Source of the DNA: Phoronis australis
Lineage: Eukaryota; Animalia; Phoronida
DNA: 64,000 bases
Direction of reading: 5' to 3'
NCBI GenBank assembly: GCA_002633005.1
Contig: NMRA01000087.1
Span: forward strand, 501,393-565,392
The notes beneath the pieces were generated by a model. The model worked only from the letters and a program-made list of their open reading frames with translations, was not told the origin of the DNA and did not search any database. A program made the position numbers and the translations under genes. Below are positions 11,886 to 25,700 of this stretch, in pieces (the stretch's first letter is position 1; each line of letters starts with the position of its first letter).

Positions 11886-13125
11886 CATATCCAAAAAATA
11901 ATATTAGAGAGCAGCACATCGAGGCTAATGCTAGTGACAAAAACATGAATAATTTTCCAAAAATACATATCCATATCCTTGAGTTATGAATCATGCGTTT
12001 AGTAAATATGAAAAACATTTTTAAATGTTTCACCGTTTAGACCAAACGTTAATCGCCAAGTGATATTCTGGGTTAGCAAACAAAATACCACACATTAACC
12101 AAAACAACGTTATGTGAAAATACGGACTCGAACAATGAATTTGTGATTGATGTGCTTGGTCTCCAGGCTCTCTACCGTCAAAAAATATTTTCTTTTACTG
12201 AGTTAGGCGCTATAGGTTTGCAAATCATTTGGCTGTGATGTCACGGGGAGGAAACGATGGATAAGAACTTTTGGAATGAAAACCAAGACATAAATAAGCA
12301 TAATTCATCTTTCTGCCGTTACCAGAGTCGCGTTCCGGAGAAGCGAGGCAAACCCAAAAAGGCGAGATCTTCGAGAGATAAGGCCAGTCCCTTGCACCTA
12401 CGGAACGCAGTCCAGGCGCAATTCACACATTCTAGTCACAGGTGACTTCGATAAACTCTACAATCTGAAAAAATTTAGTTTCCTCGATTCTGTTCAAAAG
12501 CCATCATCACATTGTTCTTTTAATCCAAATGGCCACTTGATCGTCGTTGTAATTATGTCTTTGCACGCCATCAACTCCACTCCTTACAATAGGGTCCGTT
12601 GCAAGACAGGCTGATAAATAAATAACTCTATCCACAACACGGTGCATGTTTTATAGGCTTGTGGCTTGGGAACGTGGATGACAGTTAGTGACACGGCTTC
12701 CAGAATACTTTATAGTTGGGTCACATGATGACGAGTTTCTATTACAATTCTAAACTTAAAACAATCTAAATACTTCTAAAATATGCAGTGCTCTATGAAT
12801 ACGTAAGCAAATATAAGCACGTTTTCAAGTTCTTAGTTCTATTCAGAAAGAACAACAAATTTTCTAATGCTGTCACGTGGTCTTATGGCTGCAGTTGCCA
12901 CACTTTCTGCAAAACATTGAGGAGGTGAAGTAAGAGACGACGAGGATACACTATTCCAGAATACAGTATTATTAAAACAACCTGTTGGTCAATATTTGAA
13001 ACTAGCTAACTTGCTATAGCCGACGTCCCAAGACTTTAGCTCGATTGTCATTCTACAGTTTTATAACTAATGGGCGGTATTGTTTAAATTCAGTTCCATT
13101 TAGTTGAACGAGTAAACGGCCATGC

Positions 13126-13739
13126 TCAGTGCTTAGACATATCTTTCTCTGTTTCGTGTTTTTCGGAATCTTTGTCAACATCGTCGTCATCCAATCCCTC
13201 TGGTGACATCTGTCGGCCAGTTTGAATACCAAACATGTTTTTAAGCGTGCGCCAAATAAAATCAACCATCTCGTAGTCGTTAGTTTTTTCCTCTGTTCTT
13301 GCCTTCACGGCTGCCAGCGCGTCGTTTAGGATCGTCATGAACATGCTGAGAAGGCTCACGTACACCAAGGCGATGAACATAATGAAGAACCCCGGACCAA
13401 GGTACGGGTCTGCTTGCGACATGGCCTCAAAGTCGAAATCACCCAAGCTGAAAGCGAACAACGCTTCGAATGCGCCGATGACGCTTCCGTAACTGGGCAA
13501 CAGCTTGCCAAAGATAAGATAACCTGACTGGCAGAATGCGAAGAAGTAGATGAGGAACGTCGGCAGGAATGACTTAAGGTCTTTCATTGAGTAGCGAATG
13601 ACTTCACCTATTACTTCCATGCGACGGTTGAAGGACAACAGTTTAAGAAGTTTGACAGTTGACCAAAAGACGACGAGTGATACGACGTAGCCGAAGAGTT
13701 CATCGTAAAGTGCAAGAGACTGGAAGTTGACGAAGTCAC
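13126..13739 (-). CDS. PKD1-like exon 27 (TM9-TM11, pore loop, short acidic tail, TGA)
   Basis: DFVNFQSLALYDE...KLLKLLSFNRRM...LGDFDF...LGPGFF...MFMTILND. Confidence 0.95.
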
Positions 13740-16700
13740 CTGTAAATATGAAACTTGCTACATAATTTCAGCAATATTTGACAATAAAAAGAATCTCAAT
13801 GGTTGTCAGTTTAACCAAAATTTATCCCAAGTTGATGTTCCTTCCATAAAATATCAAGCTCTCTTTCAAATAAACAGAGTATGATACCTAAGTTTTGAAG
13901 TTCAGGTAGAGCAACAACGAAATGGTGGCCAAAAGGGATTAATACAGAACTTCACCATTTCGAAACTAAGACTGAAAAGCAAGACGGGAGTATTTAGGGG
14001 TGTTGCTATTAGAATTTTAATGAAATTTCCTAAAACGCAAGTACGTAACATGATGTTTTTCTGTAATTTGCCAGTTTAGTTTAAAGACACATTTGAGTTT
14101 AAACTGTTACTATGGAGATCGTAGAGTTTTATGGTATACTACGTTCCATAGGATATATTTAACAAAATATCATTAAGGCAAAATATATTTACAGCGTCTC
14201 ATTGTGTAACAGGACCTACCTTCGTGTGGAAAGAGTAAGTACACGTGAGACAACGTAAAATCAAGGAATGAAAGACGAGTGCTTCGTGAATATGCTCGGG
14301 TGCTTACTAGCCTAGCTTAGCAAAATGGCTGAAGTGATCGGCTGCTGAGGTTGGAGTGTTGAATTGTGGGATTGAATTCATTTCTTTTCCATAAATGAAG
14401 ATTTTCGCCGTAAGTGCAAGCTAATGTCTTACCGTCTATGGAATTCAACCCAGCTAACACTGACGCGTGCTTCCAAAGAGCCATACATTGACCAAACGAT
14501 TACTGGGCCTGAGAACCTCGTCTATCTGTTGTTTAACGTGAATGTTGAGTCGGTGTAATGCTGATTGCTAATTCGTAGCTTTCAAATGGCGTTACCTTAC
14601 CAACTGTTACTGCCACCACTATCACTACCACCGCCATCAAAACTACCGCTACTAGAAATAATAACCCTCCGGTACGGGTGTGCAATACCGCTACCACTAC
14701 CGCTGGTACATATAATGCTTAACAGCACGTTATAGTGAGTAAGAGTAAAATAATTGAGAGTTACTCACTAGATCCACTTTCGTGCAAAGCGTCCATGGCA
14801 AGTTTAGCCAGGCCGTGTTTGATGACGTACATCACGATGGCAATCAGTGAACACACTAGGGTGGCAAACTCAACGAAATTCCAGAATTTGTTGAAGTATT
14901 TGAACCTCTGTTTGATGATTAGTTTGACTTCACGTTGGAGAAAGTAGATTAGGAAGATGACGTAGATGATCTCTGCCGATAGAACTAAGAGGCCAAAGCT
15001 ACCAACGTAACTAAAGAGGCGGAACACCTGAAAACAATGAAACGCATTTTCGGACGTGCTCGTCATTAACAGATTTGTGAAAAATTGTCGTGGTTGTAGA
15101 ATACCATGAGCGATAAGCCTCTAGAGGTCATTTTCACCAATTGACCTTTCCTTGCATGCGCGCACCCAGCCTTCAATATGGGGGGCTCGAATTCCTGGCG
15201 TTGTGGACCTTTTGGTAACAAAAAAGCGAGCGGACTAAAAAAACTGGGGCCACCACTGTGAATTGCACGTCTTATTTTCTCGGACTTTTTGTTTCTAAGA
15301 GGCGGACCTTTTTGCCCACTTCGCCAAATGGGGGGCTCATTCGAGCATGCCTTGATAGCCGAAAGTGGCACATTAAACTGAACAGTAGAAACCCCGAATA
15401 TCCAACGCACAATGAAACAAACAAACAAAAACAGAGAACGCACATATTACAATTGTACATTACAGTCAATAGGTAGCCTGAATGACGGATTTTCCAAAAA
15501 TTGCAAACCGTAAAATGGTCAATGTACTTAATTGCAACTTGTGGCTAAGAAGTGGTTCTATACCTACAATTGTGAGCACACGCTACCTTTTTAAATCACG
15601 ACGTAATTGCAGTGGCGGATCCAGGATATCACAAGGGGGCCCAAATTTTTTTCTGTAAAAATTTGTGCATAGCACCGAAAGGGGGTGGTCGGGAAGGGGG
15701 CAAACCCCCTCCCGCTCAGGAAATTTTTCTGTTTTTTCCTCTAAAAATCAAGTGTTTTCCTTGATTCCGAAGTATTATCGAAGAAAAAAAAACACGGAGA
15801 ACGTGTCAAACAGGAAAAACTGCAAATACCACAGACTCGAACTCACGATCTGGCGGGATAGAGCGGGCGTGCTTCACCACTGCACCACCACAATTTAACT
15901 TCTAACTTGATACTAAGAGACCTACTTGTTTATGGTCCACAGCGTTTGCGCGCGAAACCTACTTCTTTTTGTAATACTCATTACACGTTTTATATTTTGT
16001 GCAATAAGTTCGTAACAAATTTGTTGTATTTAAAATAGTCTTCAATTGCCCAAAAGACCAAATCCGTTTTTGTGTTGGCCATAATGACGCAATTGCTTTG
16101 GAAATCGAGTTAAGTTAAGGTTTGAAAAAAAGAGAATGATGAGTTTCTTAGTGATTCATTAAGGCTTCGATTAAAATTGATATCTTACCAGCAGCTTCTG
16201 TATTTTCATCGTCACTCAGATTCCGTTTTCTTTAAAAAAATGAAGTAATTTTCTTCATTGCACAGTGGAGCAGACGACGGAAACGGAGTGGTAGCGTGCA
16301 GTGGTGTTTAAATCTTGTTTCCGCCGTATAATTTTAACTACTGGGGTTAATTAATAAACTCGACATTTCCTACGCTCTTCCTGTTTTATTTTTTGCGGCA
16401 GCCAGGGGGGGGGGCCTGGGGACTCCTAAATCCGCCTATGTTACCCAGCTATCCTAAAATTTTTACTGTAATTCCTTTCTCACACTCAACGACCGCCTTC
16501 ATAATCTCCTTAAAGCTGAATTTTGCAGTTTATCTGGTTAAAAATGCAAACCGAATTAAGCCTTTTAAAGTCTATTACGCTCATAATTTCGAGCTCGCAA
16601 TAGTCTTTACAATGATACGATTATATCTCCGTTATCATCTCAAGTCACAAACAATTCGTCTATGCGCCATTTTTTTAAATTCACAATTTTAGGGTTGGCC

Positions 16701-19700
16701 AACCACAACCACAAAAAAATTTGACAGAAGCGTTTTCTTGAGTCGCTGATGGTTTCGGTGTGCCTTTTGCAAACGGAAATAGAATTCTGTTACCCTAAAG
16801 AATATTATGAGACCAGTTGTATGACAGCGAAAGACCTTATTCTGTTTTCTTTTAAGCCAACCTAACAGAGCGAAATGTAACTTTAAACCCAAGCGGTTAT
16901 AAACCCGTTTTCCATCACCAAGAACACTTTCCAATTTAGACAAGTTACCGTTAGGAAATTGACTTGAATTGTTCGTTATTCACCTTGAATACGCTTTTGT
17001 GGCTTCGAAAGAATGACTGTTCGTTATGGCTTGCAACCTGGCTCTGCAAGTTGGCATGTCACGACGTGTCATTTAATGCACCGAGCACGGTCTCAACGAA
17101 TAACAAACTGTATGTTTTTGCAAACTCAGAAGCCACCTTTCATCAGAGTAAATGAGTATGTTGAGATTAATTTTATATCGGTAAGTGGTTGAAATCAAAA
17201 TTTCTCTTTTTGGACGGAAAACGGAATTTTACCCGATTAAAATACTCGCTAAACACAATTTGCACAGAGATGTACCTTGACTTCCACTTTTGTGACAGCT
17301 CCACCTGTTGACATGAATTCCAGAACCATCTGAACAGACGCAAAGAGGTTGGTGTTGGCGCTAAAAAGAGCGAACTCCACAAAAACAGCCCTCGTGTTTA
17401 AATCAACCCAATCTTGCNGTTGAAAGTTTTTATTTTTTATTAATACCTCCTAAATAAATGTATTTAATGACGGTGTGTGCAATTTACCTACAGTAAAGCG
17501 CTAACTAAAATGAGAACGTACCAAACATCCAATTTTTATTACATTTTGACATCGATTTCTTCATATTCCACATTCACGTAACTCTAGAATAAAACTTAAG
17601 TTTACCTGGATAAGGTGCATTTTTAAGTTTCAGCGAACTCTGGTATACCCACGGTGAATCTGGATGTACAGACTTTACGTCTGTGCCATTAGACGGAGTC
17701 ACCCAACCCGGAAAGTAGCTCTTTGTGTCGTCATTGGTCCACGAGTACTCCGAACGACAGAAGTCAATGTGGGCTTGGAAAAGTGGTTGTATTTTACAGG
17801 AGTCTAGAAATAAGGAACACGAACTACAAATTTTATCTCTTTTTACATTAGATCAGTTCATTCTGTTTTTGTCAAATGCAAAATACGTTTACTAAACAAA
17901 ATTCTACAACAAGTGGCATTACTGTTAGCTTGTGAACAGAAAAAGTAGCGGCCCATTATTATAGTTGGTGTTCCTTAACTATTATTTAGACCACATGCAG
18001 CTCATGTGACTCTTGATCGAATTAAAGGTGATTTCTGTGTAAAGTCGACATTCTTCAGAGAAAAATGCACTATTGGCTAAGAATTCTCGAAATGCCAATG
18101 TTAAAAATTGTTATTTGTGCCCATACAGAGCATGTTGGTCAAAATGTTACTATTTCAACTCGTCTTTGATACCACATGGCTAAATCAGGGACTTGATGGT
18201 GAAATATTGCTTGCATAAGAGTTTAAGCAACGTTGTAACAACATTGACAAACAACAGTGAGAAGGGAAGTTTTTGTCTCCAAGTTTAGGTGTGTACACAA
18301 TTGACCAAACTTAACGCAGCATTATTAAATTTTCTGTTTTCTATGCTGTTCAGCGTTGGCGCGATTCAGAAGTGCAAGGCATTCTTTAGTGTTTGTAAAA
18401 GGAAAACGTATGGGGTTAAGTCGGTCGGTAGGTCGGTCGGTCGGTCGGTCGGTCGGTCGGTCGGCCGGTCCGAGTCACTCACTTCAATGCCATGTAAAGA
18501 AAACAAGTCACGTCATTGCACGGATACACTTCACTAACGAACAAAACGCTCACCGTTTTTCACACGGAGTTGTCTTATCCTGGCCACCCCTACACGCACT
18601 GATTCCATGTCGGCGGTCATCAAAGCTTCTCTCCAGTTCAACATTTTCCCATTGTACCAAGCGGGGGCGTACAAAGACGGCATCAGACCTGCAGAAATCC
18701 AGCTCCAGAACTGTTCCACTTTGCTAATCTGTGCAAAAGGATAGCAAAATCATCCAAAAGAAAATTACCTCGCACACAACGCGGTCGTGCAAATCTAACT
18801 TCAGTGACTTTTTGTGTTTTCATAGTAATGCATACAATGAAATTTTCAAGAAAAAATACAAGCCAGTCTGCCTATAAGGATTGCAAACCATATCCACTGT
18901 GGTAGGTTCGTTTTCATGCACGTATTTTTTGCCTTAATATCCTGCGTACGTTCGAACTGAAGTAGGAGAAGTTAAACTTTGTGTTGAAACATTTATACGC
19001 ACAAAATTCCCCGATTTGTTAAACGCTTGCGTTATTACACCGAAACTCGTGTCAGTTGACTTGATTGCCCTCCCACATGCCAAGATGCAACGTGTATCGG
19101 AAAGATAAGGTGATCGGATCGTTCATGGGGTTTACCAACCCCAGAAAAGTGAGGCACTCCGCTTCCAGCGAACATTTTCTTTAAATTAGCTGCGAAAGTG
19201 TACGAGTCACTGTCACGTGACTGGTGAGCGATGAAGAAGAGAACAAGAAGGAACAGAATGTAAACAATGATGCTTTTCAAGATGGCTTCCATCTCTATTT
19301 CTTTGAGTCGCTCTTCTCGTGCAGCAGCTAAAAGCTCGGGATCTGGAGGTTTAATTGTGCTCATACCGTGTTTGCGTTGCATCAGTATTTCTGCAAAACA
19401 AAAAACAAAAAATACTTTTGCTTAAAGTGATATTTTCAATTCGGCTGAAGGCAGCGTGTACTAAGAAGAACCTCTTCATAAATACGCCATCCTGCTACAC
19501 AACTATGATAGACATGATCAAGTATGTGCGTCACAGGCAGGTCTTTGTCTATTACGCGAGAAAAGAACAAACTATTCGTCCTCAGTAACTTCCCAAACTT
19601 CACCAGAGACGCTGACAAAAGATTCAGTTCTCACTGATTCGAAATTGAGCTCTGTCTGATCGTTGTTACTTTGGTTGTTTATCAATCTTCAAAATCTAAT

Positions 19701-22700
19701 GCGAAAAATACGAAAATAAGTTGAAACTTACCTTCCGTATTAATTTTTTTGCTCGTTGCAAACAGCTCGCCACCGATCGGCGTGCATTTGTTATCATTCA
19801 GAGAGTCACAAATTCCGTCTTCTTCTTCCAGTTCAGGTTTCTTGAGAATGCATGATATAAAAGCCGCAATAGCAAAGACCTACAATACAATAAGTAAAAA
19901 TTCATGGCGGATGTCAAGCATAGCCAAGAAACCAATCTATCATCCAAAAGTCAACTGATTTAAATAAAACAGGTTCAATGGGTGAAAGGTGACTGGAAGT
20001 AAATGCCTAGCACACACTTTTAATGAAAAAATGTTATTGAAAAACAAATTATGACTCCATTTTATTTAATAAAACGTTTGCAGTGGCTGCGCTTGATTGA
20101 TTTCGCTTGTTCCACCGGGTCTAGCGGTTAAGAGCATGATCATCTGTAGGCCGGAAGTCGTCATCAAGAACAAATCAAATGTCTTAGCCGGTTGACGTGG
20201 CAGAACCGGCAGTCATCAAGAGCAGCCATGTGTGCGTATACCTTGATAGGCTGAACAACTACGACGGACTGGAAGAAAGAGAGGATGAATGTAGTGAGCC
20301 ACTCTTCAGCTTTTTCCTTGCCCCATTCCATACTGTACAGTATGGTGAAAAATGCGCATGTCACTACACTGAAGAAGCACACTGAAAAATATGCACCAGA
20401 AACCAATCATTTTCATTCAAATTTAAAATCATTACGATGTCATTTATTTTTTTCTATCCCGTATTTGAAATCATACGTCGACATCAGCCTGATTTGGAAA
20501 GAATGTTAGGAATTTGAGAGAGCAGTCACGTGCACTTACGTATCCATCCAAGTATTACTGACCACCATGGCAATGAAAAAGGCTTTTTCTTCTTCTTCTC
20601 ATGCGGGGCTTCTTCCTCAGCGTCGTACTTACTTCGTTTGTGGTATGACAAAATGTTCTGTAGACTCTCAACAAATTTGTCATACTTTGATTTTTGTGGA
20701 AGTGAGGAAAAAATAGAGGAAATCCCTTTGATGTTTTTCCATTTAAATTTCTTCGACAGCCCTTGGTTTGACTGGAGAATTATATTTCGTTTCGGACGTG
20801 CTTTACGGAAGATGGTTACTAGAATCAAGTTGACAGGGAACACTATTAACGTGCTAGCAATGCTGACAAAAAGCTGCTGCATTGTGAATGTTAGAGGTCC
20901 AATCTTCACTGCTTCCACCTTCTGTACTCTCTCTTCCGACTTGAACCACATGCAATTTGTAATCATAGTGCAGAAGAGAAGTGAAACACAGCAGGAGATC
21001 CGCTGAACACGGGTGAAGTTGCTTCGTGTTGGGCGGGAAACAACAGAAAACCATAGATGGTCATTGGTCAGCTTTTTACGCACTGACGACGAGAAGAGTT
21101 GCTTGAAATTACACAGATCTTCCATGGTAGCCACTGGTACAATTCTCTCCACTAGACCGTCGTCTTCTTCGACAGCAAGCCAACGGTTCACCAAGAAGAA
21201 AAACCTAGAGGGAAAATTTACATCGTTGACAAAACTGGAAATAAAGAGTAAACGAATGATGATAGGAGGTAGGTAAATTCATGAAAATGAATTAGTTTGT
21301 TTAGATATTATTCCGTTGACTTTTACAGAATGTTTAAACATTAAAATTGATGATTGATGGAGTCACAAGAATCGACAAAACAAACAAAACAAATTATAAA
21401 TTCATCAAATACTTACTTTTGACCAGTTTGTAGGTCAGTCACTTCAATTTGGTCCAGATACCAACTCTTTTTATTTCTATCGGCAGAGTTGTCATGCCAA
21501 ATCCTTAACATGGTGACAGATCCAAGGGACGCTTCAACGCTCAACAGGAAATTCATTATACTTCCGCGTTTGAATCCCTTAATTGGACAAAAAGGGGTGT
21601 TAGCAATGATCATTTGTGAAAAATACTGAGCTGGAAAACGTACCATGAGTAAAGATGAACAGAAACGGGGTTGTTTTCAAGCTTTAGTACAAGAAGTCAA
21701 TGACTGAGAGAGAGCTGACTCTAACAAACTCGTATTAGTTCTATGGGTAAAGATGGTGAGTGACTAAGAAATCGGTGATGACATAAATCGATGATTACAA
21801 CTAAAGGGATAATCGCTACATGATACATTACTGCAACATGTGGATGCTCGGTGCCGTCGCCCGTCGCCCTGTTGCCACCCTCCCCCCCCCCCCTCTGCAC
21901 GCTACTGCATGGAATGTATGTACAACTGCACCACCAGGGCAGAGGACTACCACAGAGATTTGAGATATTACACCTTTCTGTTCCCATCGCTGAGTTTCCT
22001 GACGCCAGTATCCTCCATATCGCCACATATGATGAAACTGACGTTCGATTCTGTTCCAGCGTTCTTCTTCATAGATGTATATACACTAAGTTGGTAATGA
22101 TAACCATCCGTTGGTAAGTTGTCTTCTAGAGGAGTTGCGCCCCACTGAAATTTTAAAATGCATAGTCAGTTGTGGAACTATGGTTTAGGTAATGACGACG
22201 CGTTCGACTTCCAAGACTGATATCGTAATTAGTCATTGCATGGGATATTAAGCGAAGACAGGTCAATTGTAATGAAGATTCGTGTGCTCTAACTAGTGTT
22301 CGGAGGCCTGTCAACGAAACTGTGTAGTTCCTTTAATTTCTGGCGTCCTTCCACAAGTATCAAGATCTCATCCTAAATGAAGTAATTATCATTTCTGATC
22401 ACCAAGAAGTTTGAGAACTTGCCGACTACTTATAGAAGAGTAATGTTAGCAACGAATTGTACCTTAACGAGATCCTTTTTGTCAGCCCATCTCGCCCACA
22501 CCAACAGGCCAAAATACAGAACCAAAATTGAGATGACAGTACTGAACACGGCTGCATTCTCGCTCAGGTTCTTAAACTTATCGAACACGGTGTTGAAGTC
22601 AATGGTGTTGGGAGGAACCACAAAGTCTCCGCCAAACGCTGTCAGGTGAGTACATAAGCATTGTGTTTTACTGACGCTGGTTAGCGGACCTACCTGTAAG

Positions 22701-25700
22701 CAGTGAAATTAAAGGAAATTTTTACGACCCTGACTATTCGAACATTTGTCATACGGGTATTTGGAATTGCAACTGTGCAAAGTACAGATTTGTGAATGGT
22801 GAAGCGGTTGCATATGTATGTACAGTGCTGCATTTAAAATTTCTAATGCACTTAAAACAATCTGCTTCAAAGTTAATTCCATAGGGTGGCAGCAAAGGTA
22901 ATTACAGAAGGTTGTATAACTAAAGTAAACGCCCAAGTCTTTCTGATGGTGCATTAAAATGTGAAGCATTCAGTACAGCATAAGTTCTTTCAAACTGAAA
23001 TCTGTCTATATCTTGAGGAAATTGGGATCGGGTGACTTTACGGAGTGGTAAGCAAGTTCGTGTCTATGCTTTCGTACTCACTGTGCATCCGTCTGAAGAC
23101 CATGTTTCCGTAGACTCGTTCCAAAATTTACATCCCGATGTAAACATGCGTAGATTATAGGTATGGTTAGTTTCACTTTGGGAAAACAAAACTTTGGAAC
23201 CTATAAAAAACAAGATTTTCCAAGTAGGTTTGCTGTTATTAAGATCACGTCTTTTTGCCATTTGTAGGCTACGCGACCATACTGTGAGCACTTCGCCCAG
23301 TTTAGCTGGCTAAAAATTAAAGTCGAATTATAGGCTTTTTACTCGCATAAGTTCTATCTAATAGTTTTTCTTATCGCGATGGGATCATACTTTTATTGCC
23401 AACAAGATTATTAAAACCCTCATCGTATCCAGAAAATGTTTGAGAGTTGATTGGGGTTAGCCAAACCTAAAAGTGCGAAGTCAGAAATGGTGCATATACG
23501 CATTACCTGATCACCTGTGGCTTGAGTTGCCGGCTTTAATGTAGACTTTAAAATGATAACTGGGGTGAAATGTTTTACCTTCAAGATCGCATGAGTGTGG
23601 CATTTTTGTATCCCAAAGCTTCACTTAAGAATTCAATCCTGACAGCTAAACAACGGCGAAGCACAAAAAAAGAATGAGTTTGCAATGACCATAACTCTTA
23701 TTAGATTGTAAAACACCGGTTACGACATAATGGTTCACACTCATCGCCAAATTCCGGGGACATAGACAACCCGACTCTCCATCTTTCAAGTTTTAGCAAT
23801 TCCATTTTTCAGTGGGTATTAATCACCAAAAAATTCACTAAATTCGAGCATGTGTAGCAACAGAAATTTTAGCTGTAAGTTTAGATTAATATCAATGATG
23901 AGAATGAACAGGTAACACCTATTCAATACCAATTGCCATCTTATCGGGTAGACAATTGACTACGTCACAGTTCAGGACAATAGTCCACAACTCACCAGCC
24001 AACTTGATGCCTATGTAGTACGTGCCATTCAACCGCGTGATGTTCATTGAGGGAAACACAGTAAAATGGTAATCTTCTGTTGGAAGGGGATCTGAGCCGA
24101 CCGTCTCGTCAGCAGCTATTGGAACCTTGGTTTTGTAGTCGTAGTAAGTTTCGTTTGGAAATGAATGATATTTCACAAAAACCTGAAATGATACAAACGA
24201 ATGGAATTTTTAAATACGGATCATCACAAAAATATTTACTCTTTAAAAATTGCTCGTGGACTGAATCAGTCACTGGATCTTGGACTTCACAGAATATATT
24301 AACTATCAGGCCTATCGGACGATAGCCTATTCTTAAGTAGCTTCATGTCTATTGTTGTTGTTATAAATAGCCTTTTATTAATTAAATTCTGCTCATTCTT
24401 TACTTTTGTATCCAATTTTACATGAAAGTGCACCTGTCCACGACGTTCACGCAATCAGCGTCCGTTCTGAAACCCTAATTATGACAAAAGCAGACAAAGT
24501 AAAGGAAATCACGCCGAGGTTTGAAAGTGTAAAACCTGTGTGTGCCAGAAGCAAACTAGTTATAGATGTCGGCGGGCTCTTACTTCGTAAACGTCATCAT
24601 TTTCAGGCCTCAGTATGACGTGGAGTGAAGAATCATTTTGCGCCAGGACTATACTATGGTAGTTCCACTCTTGCTTCTGGAGGGATGACGTCATCGTATA
24701 GTTGCCGCCTTTTGGCATCTTGTGTGGGTTCCCTAGAACATACGTCATGCATGTTGCATTGTTTCGCAAATTCAGCACGTGCCACTGGAGCTCTTCGATG
24801 AGGGTTTCTAGGGGCGCATCACTAACACAGGTGGGTATTTTCATTATTCACTGTCACAGGTGAGTGCGTGATTTGACTATGTGCGTTTACAGTATCGATC
24901 GTTTCCTTAGCGCATGGGTTATATTTGATTCATTTATTACCTTTATTTATGTTCATTTCACGTGTAAGCGCCGAAATTCAACAATAAACATAAGGCAAAA
25001 AAGTAAGAAACACGAATAACACAGAAAGCGAAATATAATTAGTTGCCTGACCATTAAAGAGGTTTATGAAGATTGTTATAAATAAGCAACTTGTTTGAAG
25101 ATAATTAAATGTCTTTACGGTCAAATTTACGTTGGCAGCAATGCTTGTTAATACAGTGTTGCGTTTTCAGCCAATTGCTTACGATCCTCTTTGCCACGAC
25201 CTTTGATAAAATTGACCCTTAGATTTCATATGGAATAGGATACAGTGCTTTATTTGTTATCAGTGGAGGAATCGTAACTATTGTTAGGGAGTGTTGGAAG
25301 GTGGCAGGAATATCAATACTCGACAGCGAAGAGTACAATGTGAGATTGTTGCGTCGAGAGGTTTCCGTTATTATAACCTAACACAAACATAAACAGGTGA
25401 CATTCTTGCATTGTTTACGAAGTAATCGATCGCGTTTCTTTTTTATTTCTATGAGAAAATCGATAAGTTTAAACAGAAGTTCAAGTTCTATAATTTCATT
25501 CAGTGCTATTTGCTAATTATCCATTTCTTTATTGTTTTCATTAGCGCATTGACTTGATAATTTGTTCATTTAAAAGATATTTTAGCGTTTGTTTCAGTTA
25601 AACCTTGCAAGTTGATAAACGTTACTCGTAAACATCTAAGCATGGTATTTTTTTTCGGTGCACTCTCGTTGTGCTTGTCCATTTCTAGCGTTTACGCTTC

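Noticed and set aside
15832-15890. tRNA gene
   Set aside because: A/B boxes present but no acceptor stem or proper anticodon arm; treated as SINE head.
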